A DNA stretch of 64,000 nt from Octopus vulgaris (GCA_951406725.2 OX597816.1:180234001-180298000); one strand, 5' to 3'. Positions 49,845-64,000 are shown, numbered from the stretch's first letter. Translations and numbers: made by a program. Notes: generated by a model from the letters alone, not told the origin.

Positions 49845-51429
49845 TAGATATTGCAAAGACATTGAAATCGTAACATTTAACTATGTTGTCTCTTTACAGT
49901 GAGCATTATTTAGAATCTGGGAACTGTAGAGCTCAAATTATGGTTAAGTGAATACCAATCTGACTGTAGAATTCTCTTTCACTTCATATTTCACTTTTTA
50001 AGAGATTTTTTTGTCTCACTCTTGTTGTCTATGGCTCTGACCAAAATACTTTCTTCCAGTTATCTTTTTTTTTTTGTTGTTGTTGTTTTTTATCTTGATG
50101 GTTTTTTAATTCTCAGGTTGGCTAGACAATTCAGCAACAATAGACTCATTTCTTCATAAATTTATGATTACATTGTCCAGTGTGTTCTTCGTTTTTTACT
50201 ATCATCATCATCAACATCATTTAACGAGGCTGTGTGCCCTTCCTGTCACCAGATGCCCTTCCTGTCACCAGATGCCCTTCCTGTTGCCAACCTTTACTGT
50301 TTCTAGGCAAGGTAATCTGGCTACTATTTACAGTGGGTCATTTGAACATACAGAAGCTCTTTTGTTGGGTCAAGGTAAGATAACGGATGAGAAATCTTTA
50401 TTTATTCACTTTTTAGAATAGATGGTCAGGTACTTGATAAAACTAGTAGTTAGACCAGTGGAAGAGGTTTTTTGTATCTGTTTAAGGATAAAGAAACCAA
50501 TACTAAGTCCTGTCTAAGAAGCTAGTTCATTATTTAACCATACTAACTATACTTAGTAATACCAAATGACATAACTAGGTATAGTTCGTATGGTTAATGT
50601 TCAGTTTCTGCTTCTAATAACAAACATTTCCCTAGGCATACGTGTATAAATGTATTTGTATGCATGCAGTTGTCAGTATATATGTTCATTTGTCTATGTG
50701 AGAGTATGTATGTGTGTGAGAGACAGAAAGAAAGAGAGAGAGAGAGAGAGGTGGGTATAGATTTCACAAAGGCAAGCAAGAAATCGTAGAGAGACATGAG
50801 AATATGTACACTGTATACATGTCATTACTATTTGAATGGAATGCATAGATATTGAAGTGGAAGTAAGGAAATGCATAAAAGAAGCACACAAACTCTATTA
50901 TTTGAATCTAATCAGTTGGTAGGAAAGCTTCCATATTGAGTGACACTAGTTAGTTATTATACAAAGTCTTATTCTTTAGAAACTTCTGATAGTATAAACA
51001 CTAAATAGTTTGCATTCACACTTTATAAGCATTAAAATATATTCCAGTATCTAGCTATAAATCACTCACCACACACATACACTCATTCTGTTATAGTGGC
51101 TGTTCTTAGATTCTCTTCAGTAGCTTCATCAGGAAAGGAAGGGCAGTCACTTGATGTTTTAAGGCTTGTGAGATGAGTATGGTTGGTGTAAGGCCTGTAG
51201 AGAAAACTAGAGTCGGGAAGGGAAGCTTTATTGCAAATGTTTGGGACATCCATATCCAAATAGTGACTATAAATCAGGTAGTGTGATCAAACAATTGTCA
51301 GTGATAAGGACACCATATCTAAGTATTGGTGAACTTATCTTAAACAGCTGTTTTTTGCTTTTGTTAGCTGCCAGGTAGTCCTGATTGGGCAGTTATATGA
51401 TCAATGTACAGGAACTGTGACCATCTCAT

Positions 51430-51612
51430 CTTTTCATTTGTTTGTATTTGCTTGTTTCAGCCAAACACTGTGGTCAGCCGGGACACTGCCTTTAAAAACT
51501 AAAGGTTTTACTTCCTGCACATAGGTTTCTCAAGTTGTTACCCGTCAAACTATACTAGGCTTGAAGTTGCTTAACTTCAGTGATGGGATTAGAACCGGTG
51601 TTTGCAATAAAT
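51430..51612 (-). mobile_element. 5S-rRNA-derived sequence fused to the family A SINE tail (candidate SINE3 or 5S pseudogene)
   Basis: Minus strand aaacaccggttctaatcccatcactgaagttaagcaac...gacgggtaac..ttgagaaacc aligns with metazoan 5S rRNA. It is followed by aaaggcagtgtccc..gaccacagtg..tggctgaaacaag. Confidence 0.7.
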
Positions 51613-51727
51613 AATACACCTTGGACTATATCATTCAATGTGTCCTTCCTTCTCCGTTTATGGTGTCAGGGTATGCTTTAAAGAAGCTTTGGCTGTTATT
51701 TCTTGCAAGTTGAGTAATCATGTAGAG

Positions 51728-51984
51728 CAGAGATTCTCAACCAGGGTCCATATGGCCTTTGTGAGTTTATATAAGATTTTATTACTAAAATTCATGGGCA
51801 ATAAATTGCTTTCACTTCTACAATACACAAAATATTTTAATTGTTTTCTACACAATTCCTAATAATATTTAATTACATAAATACAGTAGGATCCTTTTTA
51901 TATACATCGAATAGCTGTGGAGGCCCAGTAGTGTAAAGTAGGAATCATAGGGATCCATAAGCAGAAAATGGTTGAGAACCGCTG
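51728..51984. mobile_element. hAT/Charlie-type MITE
   Basis: TIR CAGAGATTCTCAACC / GGTTGAGAACCGCTG; 8-bp TSD ATGTAGAG/ATGTAGAA. Confidence 0.85.
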
Positions 51985-52325
51985 ATGTAGAAGTTCCCTC
52001 TATTGTATGTCTTACAACTGTTGTTATGTATGGCAGGAACTGTGCCATCTAACAAGTCAATTGTCAAATTGCCTAACTGTTTTCTTTTTGCAAGGATAAC
52101 CCAACATGTTTTCTGCTCGAGATCTGAGATGTATTTCAGCTCCACATTTACAAAAAACACTTCTCCCTGCTTCATCTGTCTTCTTTGTCTCCTCTTTCTT
52201 CAGTTTTCTGTCTTCTTCCTCCTCTTCATCATTGATGATGGTTGTAGCATGCTGCTGCCACTTCCCCCTCTCTCCTGTCTCTTCTTCCTCCTTTTTTTTA
52301 TTTTCTTGATTGGCAGGCTCAAGAG

Positions 52326-52654
52326 CATAGGTTCTCAAAGTGGGCACTACCCCCCCCCCATAGGTGTTGAGCTGGTCCAGGCAGACACTGTTGCCTAAGA
52401 GGGTAGTGGGGGTTGTGGTGGTAGAGAAAAAGGAGGAAGGCAGTGGATTGGGGGATGCTATGAATTAATTATCATATTATCATAGTATTGTACACAAATT
52501 ATATAATATTGTATTAAATATCAAATGATTCATAGTATATATATAAATTAGTAAGAGTATAAAATATTTATTTTACATAAAAATAGAGGTGGGGCACTGA
52601 GGGTATTCTGTAGCCATGAGCCGGGCAGTGGCTGAAAAAGTTTGAGAACCTCTG
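52326..52654. mobile_element. hAT/Charlie-type MITE
   Basis: TIR CATAGGTTCTCAAA / TTTGAGAACCTCTG; 8-bp TSD CTCAAGAG/CTCTAGAG, matching the Charlie NTCTAGAN preference. Confidence 0.85.
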
Positions 52655-53782
52655 CTCTAGAGCAATGAAGTAAAATGTTTTTTAGTATTAAGTGATATCC
52701 CCTTTATGTTCCAAGCTCAAATCTCACTAAGGCCAGCTTTGCTTTACATCCTTTTCAGTTGAAAAAGAGATAGTCAAGTACTGAGGCACTTTAAATTGAC
52801 CATATCCTTTCCCAAAATATTTGAAACTTTTTCTTTCTGTTAGAATCTCTATTCCATTTGAGATGCTCATAATATTGAACACTTATTTCCTTAAATATTT
52901 ATACTTTTCCCCCACCTTTTTAAGATTATCATATATGCATGCATGTGAGTATATATATATGTGTGTGTGTGTGTGTGTATAATATGCGTGTGTGTAGGTG
53001 TGTGTGTATGCATGATTCTGCACTCACACATTTATAAACTTCTGTATGTGTGTAAGTATCCATATGTATACTCATAAACACACACCCGTGTGTGCATGTA
53101 TGTGTGTATCTATTTATCTCTCTCTCTTTCTTTCTCTCTCTCTATACATGTATATATATATACACACACACAAACAGGTGCACACATATTTATATATGGT
53201 CAGAGGAGGGTGTATATATGTACATATACATACTATATATGTGTATGTAAGCATTCACATATGCACACCAAGCTTTTTCGCTTTCTTTGTTTTACCTAAT
53301 GATGCTTTCTTAGTTGAGAATGATTACTATTACCACCACCACCACCACCACCACCACTAGTGCTATCAACACTTCTACTTCTGTCATTAATACTACCACT
53401 AATACTATTACTGTTGCAAGTTACCACTGTTCATTCTAACCTTCCTCCCTTTGCTATCCCTTCATAAAGAAGTCTGTATTTCTATAAAACCAACTCAAGC
53501 AGACTTATTGTAAACAACGCTTAAAGGATTCTTCTGGATTTCAGTTATTTCTTTTTCCACGCTTATATAATTAACCTGTACATATAGTTATCAGTGAGTA
53601 GCCGTTGATAAATGTACATATGTGTATATATTTTCTCTTTTATCTGTTTCACCTGTGATGATGGAACAGTGAAACAGCTATATTCATTTAAATAACAAAG
53701 CGAAACAAAAAGAGCATCACTCTTATTTAATTCAAGTTACAAGTGCCGCATCATTTAGATTTGTGTGTATGTATGTATATGC

Positions 53783-54850
53783 ACACAGATCTGGTCAATA
53801 GCCCTCAGCAGGTTGTCCTGTAGAAACTTCCAGTTGTCTTCCACATCGTGTAAAGCTATATCGCCTTCTATTTCGTCAAAGGCTTTGAGTAATACGTCTC
53901 TAAATCTCTGTCCATTCACAGAATCTTTAAGCTTCCAGACCCTTCTCCTCCATGCTGGTTGTCTTCTGGGCATCCATTTAGCCCTGATCCTGAAGTCGCT
54001 AACTACCAGTCTACTTTGTAGGGTACATTCTTTGTCTTGGAAGGTTTTGGTATTTATAAGCAGTCATCTTTCCCTTTTTCTTGTAAGGATGTCATCAATT
54101 TGGCTAATGTGTCTGCCAGAATGGTAGGTGACTAGGTGACTGGCATGTTTCCTGAAGTTAGTATTGCAAACCATAAGATCATTTGCATCGCAGAACTCCA
54201 GCAGCCTGGCTTCCTCCTCATTGCGGGGACCAAAACCTTAGCCTCCATGTACACCATGGAAGCCCCCTGTATGTTGTCCAACATGTCCATTGAAGTCACC
54301 AGACATAAAGAGAGGGTCCCTGTTATTCGTCAACGTGGTAGTCTGCAAGAGGGTGTCATAAAATCGGTCTTTCTGTCCATCAGGTAGCCCCCGCTGAGGG
54401 GCATAGGCCGAGATAATGGTTGCTAACCCATGATGAAGCACTAATCTAATCTTAAGTATTCTGTCACAGACTCTGACTACCTCGATTACCTTATCAACCC
54501 ATTTCTCCGCAAGAAGTATACCCACGCTCCCAACTCCGTCAGTGTTCCCTGCCCAGAAAATCTTGTACCTGTGTTCTTTGCCTGTGAGGAACCTAGCAGA
54601 ACCTCTTCTCCACCCTACTTCTTGGAGGCAGCACAAATCGACACATCTCTGTTCAAGCATCTCAACAGTCTCCCCAGACCTACCTTTCAATGTGCCAGTG
54701 TTGAGAGGGCCAACCCTGAGGGTGTGGGAGGTGTGGAGCCGTGAGACCCTGGGATGGGGGACAGCAACATCATGTACCTGAAAAGAAAGCTTGCATTTGG
54801 CAGAATTCATGAACAACAATACAATAGCCTTCAATTCAACCTGCATAACA
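53783..54850 (-). mobile_element. RTE LINE 5' fragment encoding an AP-endonuclease domain
   Basis: ORF 54238-54846: LRVGPLNTGTL, LCCLQEV, GVGSVGILL, ISAYAPQ, GDFNGHVG; continues past a stop to WKLKD...NWKFL; no RT domain follows. Confidence 0.92.
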
Positions 54851-55194
54851 CCACACCATCATATTTATGCACTTTATGATCACTACCTTACAAAGGAGAT
54901 AAGCCCTAAGTAGGGGTGGGGGATGGCGTAAAGCCTTTAGAAGTGTTTATGGGAGACAACCAAAGGATGACAAAGTATAGGGACTTCTGGTACAGGTGGA
55001 AGGGGCAGACCATGAACTAGCAAATTTAGATGAGAGCATCCTCTAGATATGCATTCTTTCGGTGGAGGTATTAAAAATCGAGTAGAGAAATCTGAATGCA
55101 TGCGCTAGTTTATATGGGGGGGGGGGGTGGAGGAAATCTTGGCGAAGCAAGTGGTAATCAAAAGAGACAGACAGACAGACAGAGTGAGGCATAT

Positions 55195-55412
55195 ATATAT
55201 ATTTATGTTTGTGTGTCTGTGTTTGTCCCCCCTCCACCATCACTTGACAACTGATGTTGACGTGTTTATGCCACTGTAACTTAGTGGTTTGGGAAAAGAG
55301 ACTGATGAAATAAGTACTAGGCTTACAAAGAATAAGCCCTGGGATTGATTTCCTCAACTAAAAAAAACTCATGGTCACAGTCAAATGACTGAAACAAGTG
55401 AAAGAATAAAAG
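55195..55412 (+). mobile_element. Family A SINE 3' half
   Basis: gtttgtcccc...cttgacaactgatgttg...aataagtactaggcttacaaagaataag...aaatgactgaaacaag. Confidence 0.8.
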
Positions 55413-55418
55413 AAAACC

Positions 55419-55452
<34 letters not shown>

Positions 55453-55714
55453 TGCACGTGCATACATATTCAATCTTAGGTTTTTATTAAATATTGATTA
55501 TTTTGCTAAAGCAATCTTAAGTAGTGGATTTAGTGATTATGGAGAAGATGGCAGGACAGTGCTGTTGTGAAATACGACAAAAATAATCGTTGTTGGTGTT
55601 AATCATCATTGCTTGATCATCTCTCAATCATATTGTCAGCTGGTGTAGAACTGCCAGTTGTGTCTATTTCAATCACTTGTTCACCTATTCCTTTCAATCA
55701 CTCACCCCAATAAC

Positions 55715-55960
55715 TCTGGAGCCCCTAATCACTAGGCCACCGACCAATACCAGATCATGGATCATTTGGTACCAGACCAAACAGAAAGAATAAGTTTTAA
55801 AATTTATTCTTTCTGTTTGCAATTTGCTGTGTATTATATATGTAATACGTCTGTGTTATATATTATGTGCTGTGCACTCTATTATTGTCTTTTGTGCTGA
55901 GCATAATCTTCAGGTCCATGGAAAAACTGTCGTCTGAAACTTGTTCATGATGCAAGAAAT
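55715..55960. mobile_element. Degenerate MER1-like hAT MITE remnant
   Basis: ggccaccgaccaataccagatcatgg and ggtccatggaaaaactgtc..tgaaact motifs; termini eroded. Confidence 0.4.
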
Positions 55961-57146
55961 CATTGCTGCTTTTAACTCACTCCAGTCACTCATACATTAT
56001 CTACTCACTTTCATTACTCATTCCTACTACTCATTGAAGTTTGAATATCTCCAGGAAATCTCTACTTGAAGTTAGTTGTATAAAGGAATATGTGTGGTGG
56101 GTATTGTTTAACCCTTTACCAGACCCATGAGGGAAAACATTCCAGCCATGACTATCCCGTTTATATATTTCAGAAATAATGTATGTTGGACTACGTTATC
56201 CAATAAATCCTATTTTTAAATTTGTCATGTGAGGTTTGTAGGATGTTTACTGCTACTTCTAGTAGGTTGAATGACCATGCAGAAGCTCTCTCTCATATTG
56301 TTTTGTATCTGCATAGTAAATATTATGTATGTTTTATGGTGGTTGTTGCAGATTACCTGTTAACATCTGCTTCTCTTACCAGCATAAATCTAACTCACTG
56401 ATAGATGGGATTGTGGCTTGTCCAGGATTCCTGCTGGCATCTCAGCAGGTGTTGCTATTGTTCAGTCTGACTAATCAGACCTTTGATCAAAAACATTGAC
56501 TGTTCTCTCCTCACACTACATTATCCAATATGCCCTACTATTTAAAGAGGGTTTCAGTGTGATTTGAGGGAGATTTGGTTGCTGTTTCTAGAGAGTCAAG
56601 CAAAACATAAGAGTGGTCCTCTTATTGAATTGGTTCTCAACATATGTAGATGTGCTTACTTTAAAGTTCCTGAACTTAGTTCTGACTGTCTTTCTTCAAT
56701 AGATTATTGATTCCTTGTGCAATCTCAACAGGTTATTGGTTGTATTGGTTAGGGTCAACAATTTGTCTACATCTGTATGCATTGGACTGGGTAAAATCGT
56801 TTTTGTGGAAGACTGCTAGTTGCCCATGCACACAAGTCTTCCCTCCCCACACCTCTAATGTTTACCACAGGCAAACACCACTGCTTTAGGACTGATACAG
56901 CTTCACATCAGTGTAGTCATGTGTGTTACTGTTAGAATGCAAAGAGCTGGAATAGATATCACAAGTCATCTTATTTGAAAAACCAATGACTGCACCAATC
57001 CACTGCCCTTAATATACTTTTTTTGTGTTTTATCAACCATGAAAATATGAAAGGCAAATTTGATCTCAGCCGGATTTGAACTCAGAAAACATGCTATGAT
57101 GCATTCTGTTCAATATTCTAATGACTCTGCCAGTTTGCTGCCTTAA

Positions 57147-57367
57147 CTCCTTTAGCATTCAGATTACTCTGTTAAATAATGCTTATTTATTCACATTGTT
57201 TTGAATTAATTATATATCAACTTGTGGTATTGAGATTTCGATGATGTAATTGTTTTATTTTAGAATGACATTGTAGGGTAGGCGTGAGAGACCAGATCTA
57301 ACCAGTTTGAACATTAAAAACAGGTAGAATATTTGGGTGGGATATAGCTGGTTTAAATGCTAAAGGG
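57147..57367. mobile_element. piggyBac-type MITE
   Basis: TTAA|CTCCTTTAGCATT...AATGCTAAAGGG|TTAA. Confidence 0.85.
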
Positions 57368-58504
57368 TTAAGTTGTACAAAAAAAATCTAAAATCTCTGT
57401 TAGGGAGAGTTGCTTTCCTTTTATACTAATGGTTAATCTTATTATAGTAAGGTTGGCTTTCATTTATGGGCTTCCTCCTTTTTATCACTCCCACAATCAC
57501 ATTCTTTTCCTCCTCCTCCCTAAAACTGCAATTCTATAGACTTCCTCCATTCCAGACGTTTTCTCCCTAAAGATGTCAACCAAAAGAAATTCAAACTAAA
57601 AATCAACCCTATCAATCTCACAAGTCAGTAGTATTTTTTTTTAACTAACTAATAAAAGAAAAGAAATATAGACTAATAAAAAAGGAAATAAGATATGGAA
57701 AGTGTGCATTTTGAGTAATGGTAGAAATCATTATACTTATATTTACATTCCAAATCTTGACTTCAAACTCTACCTGGACCAGACTTAATTTCCCCCCCTG
57801 CCCCATTTGTTTTTATCTTCTGCAGTCAATAAAATAATTACTATTCAAGTGCTGCTCTCAACTTACTTGACTGTATGCTTTCTGCCAAAATTTGTGGCCT
57901 TGTGTCTATGTTAGACATTATTTTTATTAGGATTGTGGCAAGGGCCACGGATTGGCAGGATCCTTAGAGCACCTGACAAAGCTTTGTGGTATTTAGTCAC
58001 AACCATTTACATTCTGAGTTCAAATCTCACTGAGGTCAACTTTGCCTTATAACTTTCCAAGGGTTATAAAATAAAGTATTTATCAAATACTTGGGGCTAA
58101 TATAACTGATTTAACCCCTCCCTCCATATTTTTTATTTTTATTTTATTTTACCTCTTATTTTTTACTATTTCAGTCATTGGACTGAGGTTATCTTGGGGC
58201 ACCACTTTGAAGTGTTGCAGTTGAACAAACCAACCCCAGTACTTTAATGTTTTTTTAAAATTTTTATCTCAATTCTGGTACTTATTATGCCACTGGTCGC
58301 ATTTGCCAAACCACAAAGTTACAGGGATGTAAACAAACCAACACCGATTGACTACTTGGTGAGTGGCAGTGGTTCTGGATGACTGACACAAACACACACA
58401 TGTAAACATATATTTTGTCTAAGGTGCTGTGTTGTAGGACTGAACCTGAAACCATATGAGCGAATTACTAGAATCAGTAGTGTATTAGGTAAGATACCTA
58501 ATAT

Positions 58505-58895
58505 AGGCAGAAGATTGGCTGTGTGGTAAGGAGTTTGCTTCCCAACCAAATGGTTCCGGGTTCAGTCCCACTGTGTGGCACCTTGGGCAAGTATCTTCTA
58601 CTATAGCCTCAGGCCAACCAAATCCTTGTGAGTGGATTTGGTAGATGGAAGCTTGTCATATATATATATATATGTAAATATCTATGTGTGTCTATGTTTG
58701 TGCCTCCACCGTTGCTTGACAACTGATGTTGGCCTGTTTATGTCACCCGTAACTTAGTGGTTCAGCAAAAGTGACTGATAGAATAAGTACTAGGCTTACA
58801 AAAAATAAGTCCTGAGGTCAATTTCGTCAACTAAAAAATTCCTTTTATGGTAGTGCTTCAGCATGGCCACAGTCAAATGGCTGAAAGATAAGAAA
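58505..58895 (+). mobile_element. Full-length family A SINE, head-to-head with a degenerate antisense copy at ~58150-58460
   Basis: tggctgtgtggtaag...gggttcagtcccactgtgtggcaccttgggcaagt...atggccacagtcaaatggctgaaa. Confidence 0.88.
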
Positions 58896-59610
58896 GCCAA
58901 GCTGCATTTCGTAAAGTTCAAATCACGAAATATTTGAATTTGTTCTCATGCTTCTAATACCAATACGAAGAAGTAGCTGTTGAGTACTAGAGAGTCATTA
59001 AACTGACTGCCCTTCACCCCCAAAGTTTGTTGTTGTGCCTTCATTCTTATTATGGTTCTACAAGTGTAGGAGATTGGTAGAATTGGCACTAGACAAAATG
59101 TGTTATGATATTTACATATTATGCATTTACCTTTCAACCCTCCACCATCAGCTCTGTCAAGTAGGTACTAGCTGTGGGTTAAATCAATTACACCCATTTT
59201 ATTCTTCAATATTTGTCTCACTGTGACAGCATTATAAATTATTTCTACCACTGCCACCATCAACATCACTACTATCATTATTAATATCTAGTCATATATC
59301 TGTCATTGTACCTTTTAGTTTTATGTGTACCGGCTATGTTGTCATATTGTCAGCCAACCAGCCACAAAATATCTTAGCAACAGTCCATTTCAGTGGTTGT
59401 CCAGCTGAAAAGCAACATATGAGGTGAAAAACTGAAGGAGACATTATTTTAGTTTTCACTTTCATTATCAATAGACATTTTTCAAAACCTAATTACTCAT
59501 GTTTGTGGTTAGTTTATGTCTAGAACAGAATCTGTTTCTAAATCCTGTATTCTATTCTACAATTTATAATTCCATACTACCATACTATATGATAATTCTT
59601 GCTATGTTGC

Positions 59611-59765
<155 letters not shown>

Positions 59766-62700
59766 ACAACAACAACAACACTTGATCATTTCTGTCAACA
59801 TGTTGTTTAATCACTCCTGTCTTTCAGATAAAGTCATTTTAATAACTACCTCCAATATTGATCTTTTTATCGTTTCTCATATCACTTTGTCTTGTTGTTT
59901 ATTAGTTTTCATTAGTCTTATTTTTATTGAATGTTTTCACTGCTCAACTAACTGCAGTTCTTTGTGGTTTGGTTTTGTGTTTTCTCTAGTATTGAAAGTA
60001 CAGTATGCAATATATGGACAGTGCTTAATAATAGTTTTATGAATATTCTGAATATATGTAAAACCTGGAGCCTTTTGCTATATATTTGTCTCCATCTTCT
60101 TTAATCATTCCCGAAACACCTCTTATGGGGATTATTTCAGTTTACACTCCCTACATTCTTGTTATCTCTTTTGCCAGGACTTAATATTATATTTTAATTG
60201 TTTCTCCTGTTATGAGGATTATTATTATAACTAATTCTTGAGTTTGATGGCAGATGCTGTTGTATGGCCATGAGCCAATCATTTAATTTCATTCTTTTTT
60301 TTTTTTTTTTGCTGAAACAATATTTTGTTCATCATCATCATAATTTAACATCCTTGTTCCATGCTAGTATGGGTCAGATAAATAGGATCAGATAGGTTTA
60401 AGGACTGCATCCTACACTACTGTTTACTTTGGCATAATTACCATGGCTGGATATCCATCTTAATGCCTAGTACCCCTATATAGTTGTACTGGGTGCATTT
60501 TCCGTACCACCAACACTAGTGATGTCACCATGCAGCTTGCAAGACTACTGACCCCTAAGAGAGGCAACTTCATGCAGGGAGATGAGAGATTTAAGTACAA
60601 GAGAAAGGATCAGAACAGAATAAGTTTCTTGCAGTAGAGGGGCCATCGGGAGAGTGGTGGTCATCATTTATGTCACTTGGAAAGGCATAAGTGTCACCAC
60701 TTTCTATTTCTACCACTGTCAACATATCAGGTTTTATGTCATCACTTTGAAGTCAATATAGTGGAATAGAAGCAATTCTTTAATGATCTCTCACTCAGCT
60801 ACTAGGCTTTAAACTGCAACATTTGTGTTACTAATGAATTTTGTACTTTTGTACAAATGCTGCAACTTCTCAATCCCTTACTTTACAATTCCAAAAATTT
60901 ATCCCTATATAAGATTATTTGGTTATGTCTTGGCTTACAAGTCAAAGAAAATCAACCTTAGATCCTGCCATTATATCATATTACTGTTGGGTTTCCCCAG
61001 GTCAGCTCTCATTGCACAGTTTTATTTACGATATCCGGGTAGTCAGCCAAATGTTAGGTGTAGTCCACAGATTTATCTTTCTGATTATATCATATCTCTA
61101 TCTTGCTGAAGACCCTACTGTGCATCCAAACATGCAGTAAGGAATAGGATGGAATGAAGATATGTAGTTCTTGTATCAAGTTCTGTATTGTAGTGGCAAA
61201 AACGTTAAGTGGATAATGTAGAGAAATATTTGTCCATAACTTGTCACTTCAAATGCTCAATTGTGTTTCAGGACAAAAAAACTGTATACTACATTACATC
61301 ACTTCACCTAGTTGTTAGGTACCCCATCATCTGGGAATGGACTAGTACCCTATCCTGGTAAATTTATTTTCCATTCATTTAACACCATGAAACACCATGA
61401 AACACTAGCCCCTAATATGTTTTGTCAAGCTGTGCCTGATTTCATCTGAGGAGATACAAACTGAGAGCTGTGGGCTGCTGGCAGCAACTACAACTCTTAA
61501 AACAACACAGATGTCTTACCTTTGATTTACAGCTGAATCTCTAGACCTAGTTACATTTACTGATCAACACACTGTCAAGAAGACCGAGAAAATGTTAATA
61601 AATATTTGTAAACTTTCACGTGTCCCTATTCTTTGTATATTTGAATTGGAAATTTTAAGATTTATAGGATTTGATGGTGGGGATAATGGTAATTGGTTGT
61701 AGTAGCTATCTGTGAAAGTTAGTGGTGGCTGTAGTGATAGTTACTTGTTATAGAGGTGGTTATGGTAATGATTATTTGTGGTAACATGATGTTGTTATGG
61801 ATGTGGTGATAACTATTTGTAGGAGTTAGCAGTGGCATTTATTTCTTGTAATTAATGTTTGCTGTGGTGGTTGTTTTCTTTATTCTTGTTTTTCATTGGT
61901 TTGATCAGGAGAAGGAATATGCTAAGTCCATTAACTGTGCAGGTTGTCTGAAACGGGTGAGATTGGTACCACTTGGGGTCCTCTTAAACTGTTTATTTGC
62001 AACAGTTTCCAGAAAAAATACGTGCGAAGTGGGAATCGTAGTCACTGAGAATTGAATGCAGGGGTTAGTGTTGAGACTGGTGGCTATAATATGAGTGAGG
62101 AGAGCAAGGAGGATCAGTGAATTGAGAGATGACTGTGAATGGGACCTGAGACTAGCCAGCTCCAAGGAGCAGGGGACAGACGGCTGTTGGAGCAGCTGGA
62201 AAGGCAGAGAGGGAGGAGACAGTACATCTATGGTTCAAAAGGTAGAATTGATGTGTGAGAACAACTTCATGCTAATCAGTCGGGTGTGATATGCAGGTGA
62301 TTAGGTTGGTATTTCTTGTAGGTTGAGCAGTCGTATAAAGTTTCACTCTTTACATTTTAATCGTTCTTCTTTTTTGTTGTGGTGGTTATAGCAAAAGCAG
62401 AGTTTGTGGTGGTTGTGATGGTTTATCAATTATTATTGAAACAAAAACCTGTTCAACATTTTCAATAATCTTTGATGTGTGCCTATCATTATTTGCATTT
62501 ATTTATATTTTATTATCATTTATTTATTTTCCATGTATAGGTTTTAGTAGGATAGTTGTTCAAATCTAAATGTTAAGAGCTTTAATTTTTTTTTATAACC
62601 AAACTGCAGAAATTTTCTAATAGTCTCATTCTCCAAGTTTTGTAAGCAAACATTATATGTAGGTCTATCTTCTCTTTGTCTTTTCCATCCCTATCTTTTC

Positions 62701-64000
62701 CTCATGATTTGTTGCTCAGAAACAATTCTCTAACTCTTCAAATACATATTTTAAACAAAGTAATATGACTCCTCACTTCTTATCATAAAGCATTCTAATA
62801 GGTTGAAGAAAATATCTATCCTCTGCTAGACATGACATTTAATCCAAGCTTTCATGGATAATGGTAATTCATTTGGATGAGATCCTCCTGAAAACCATTA
62901 AGTAAGGAAGGAGAAGCAGCAGCAGCTTTTATGTCTTTTCTTGCAACATTTGAAATGCTGGTCATGTGGTCAATACTGCTGAACTTTAATCTTATAGCTT
63001 TAATCTTTATACCTCTTCTTCAGGTACAACTGTTCAAAATGTATGAAGTTAATGGTGTGTGTGTGTGTGTGTGTGTGCATGTGGAAGCATGAACCTGGAG
63101 GTTAGGGCATCATACTCATGATTGCAAGATCGTGGTGTTGATTCCCAAACTAGCAGTGTGTTGTGTTCTTCAACAAAATGCTTCATTTCAAGTTGCCCCA
63201 GTCCACTCAGTTATAAATGGACAACCCTGCCATAGACTGGCATCCCACGCAATCTTTGCTGGCTGAGCCAGTGGGTGGTATCTTAGCAAAGTTACTACAA
63301 TACAAGGAAGTGCATTGTGACCAGCAGTGTATAATGGCATCTGATAGTCTGGTCAGTACAATGATACAGATACTCTCTCTCTCTCTCTGTGATAAATTGA
63401 ACTTAAAAGCCTTTTATCGGAGTGACATCATAGCATTAATTGGAACAGAAACTGAACAACAGGTTCTCTGATTCTTTTTAATAACAGAAAAGGAGTAAAA
63501 TGGAAGCCATAGAATCAAACAGAAAGTACAAAAACGAATAGAAATAAAGGAATAGCATAATTTATATCAAAATCTTGTTTTAAGTTTTTCTGTTTTATGG
63601 GAATTTTTGTTATTTTTACTTTTTCTTTACAAAATTGTATTAAATTTTTTTCCCCTTTAAATCTGATTTTATTCTTCCAATCAATTATGTAAATAATACA
63701 TGAAGGATGAAGTTAAACAGTTCAATCAAGGCTTAGTATTCACTCTCTTAGAAATCTCTTTATCGTGACATGCTAATGATATTCATTGTTTAATGCTTAT
63801 TCAATGGAAATTCTTAGAAAACAGACTACAATTGGTCTCCTGAAATTATAAATTTTTAACTTTGATATTTTGCTACTTTTCTGTCAAACAGAGCTCTTGT
63901 CTGAATTTTGGTTTTAAAAAAAAGAATAAGATCAAATAACAGTAATTGAGGCATTTTAAACTGATGAAAACTCAATCAACCAAATACAGACTTAATTCCT

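Noticed and set aside
53644-53690. Hairpin with TGATGA...GAAA
   Set aside because: Core is GTGATGA with no stem I; too degenerate to call a hammerhead.
54770-54800. Splice-acceptor-like ctttcttttcag on the minus strand within the RTE
   Set aside because: The ORF reads through it and no donor was identified; probably chance.
61271-61360. Acceptor-like site as a possible next PKC exon
   Set aside because: Translation lacks the C1B motif PTFCDHCG.

Overview
This is AT-rich eukaryotic DNA packed with microsatellites and transposons. The SINE families, RTE/CR1 LINEs and (TA)n density suggest a coleoid cephalopod, probably Octopus (inference). The only host-gene coding sequence I can support is one 83-nt + strand exon (26996-27078) of a classical protein kinase C. 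It encodes the end of C1A ([27 protein letters not shown]) and is absent from the ORF track. The rest of the window is probably two very long introns. They contain tRNA-derived SINEs of several head/tail combinations, RTE and CR1-type LINE fragments, a full-length decayed mariner, a Tc1 element interrupted by a piggyBac deletion derivative, hAT/Charlie remnants and MITEs, piggyBac MITEs and a non-autonomous Helitron. The most interesting unexplained signals are: (i) several distinct non-coding repeats carrying minimal type-I hammerhead-ribozyme motifs (Penelope/retrozyme-like), mostly within (TA)n tracts, including an inverted-plus-tandem array at 8175-9150; (ii) a 5S-rRNA-derived head fused to the common SINE tail (candidate SINE3); (iii) modular head/tail swapping among SINEs; (iv) a 51-bp local templated insertion; and (v) a candidate poison or alternative micro-exon in the PKC intron. 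Most ORFs in the supplied track are microsatellite or SINE artefacts. Coordinates of degenerate repeats are approximate.
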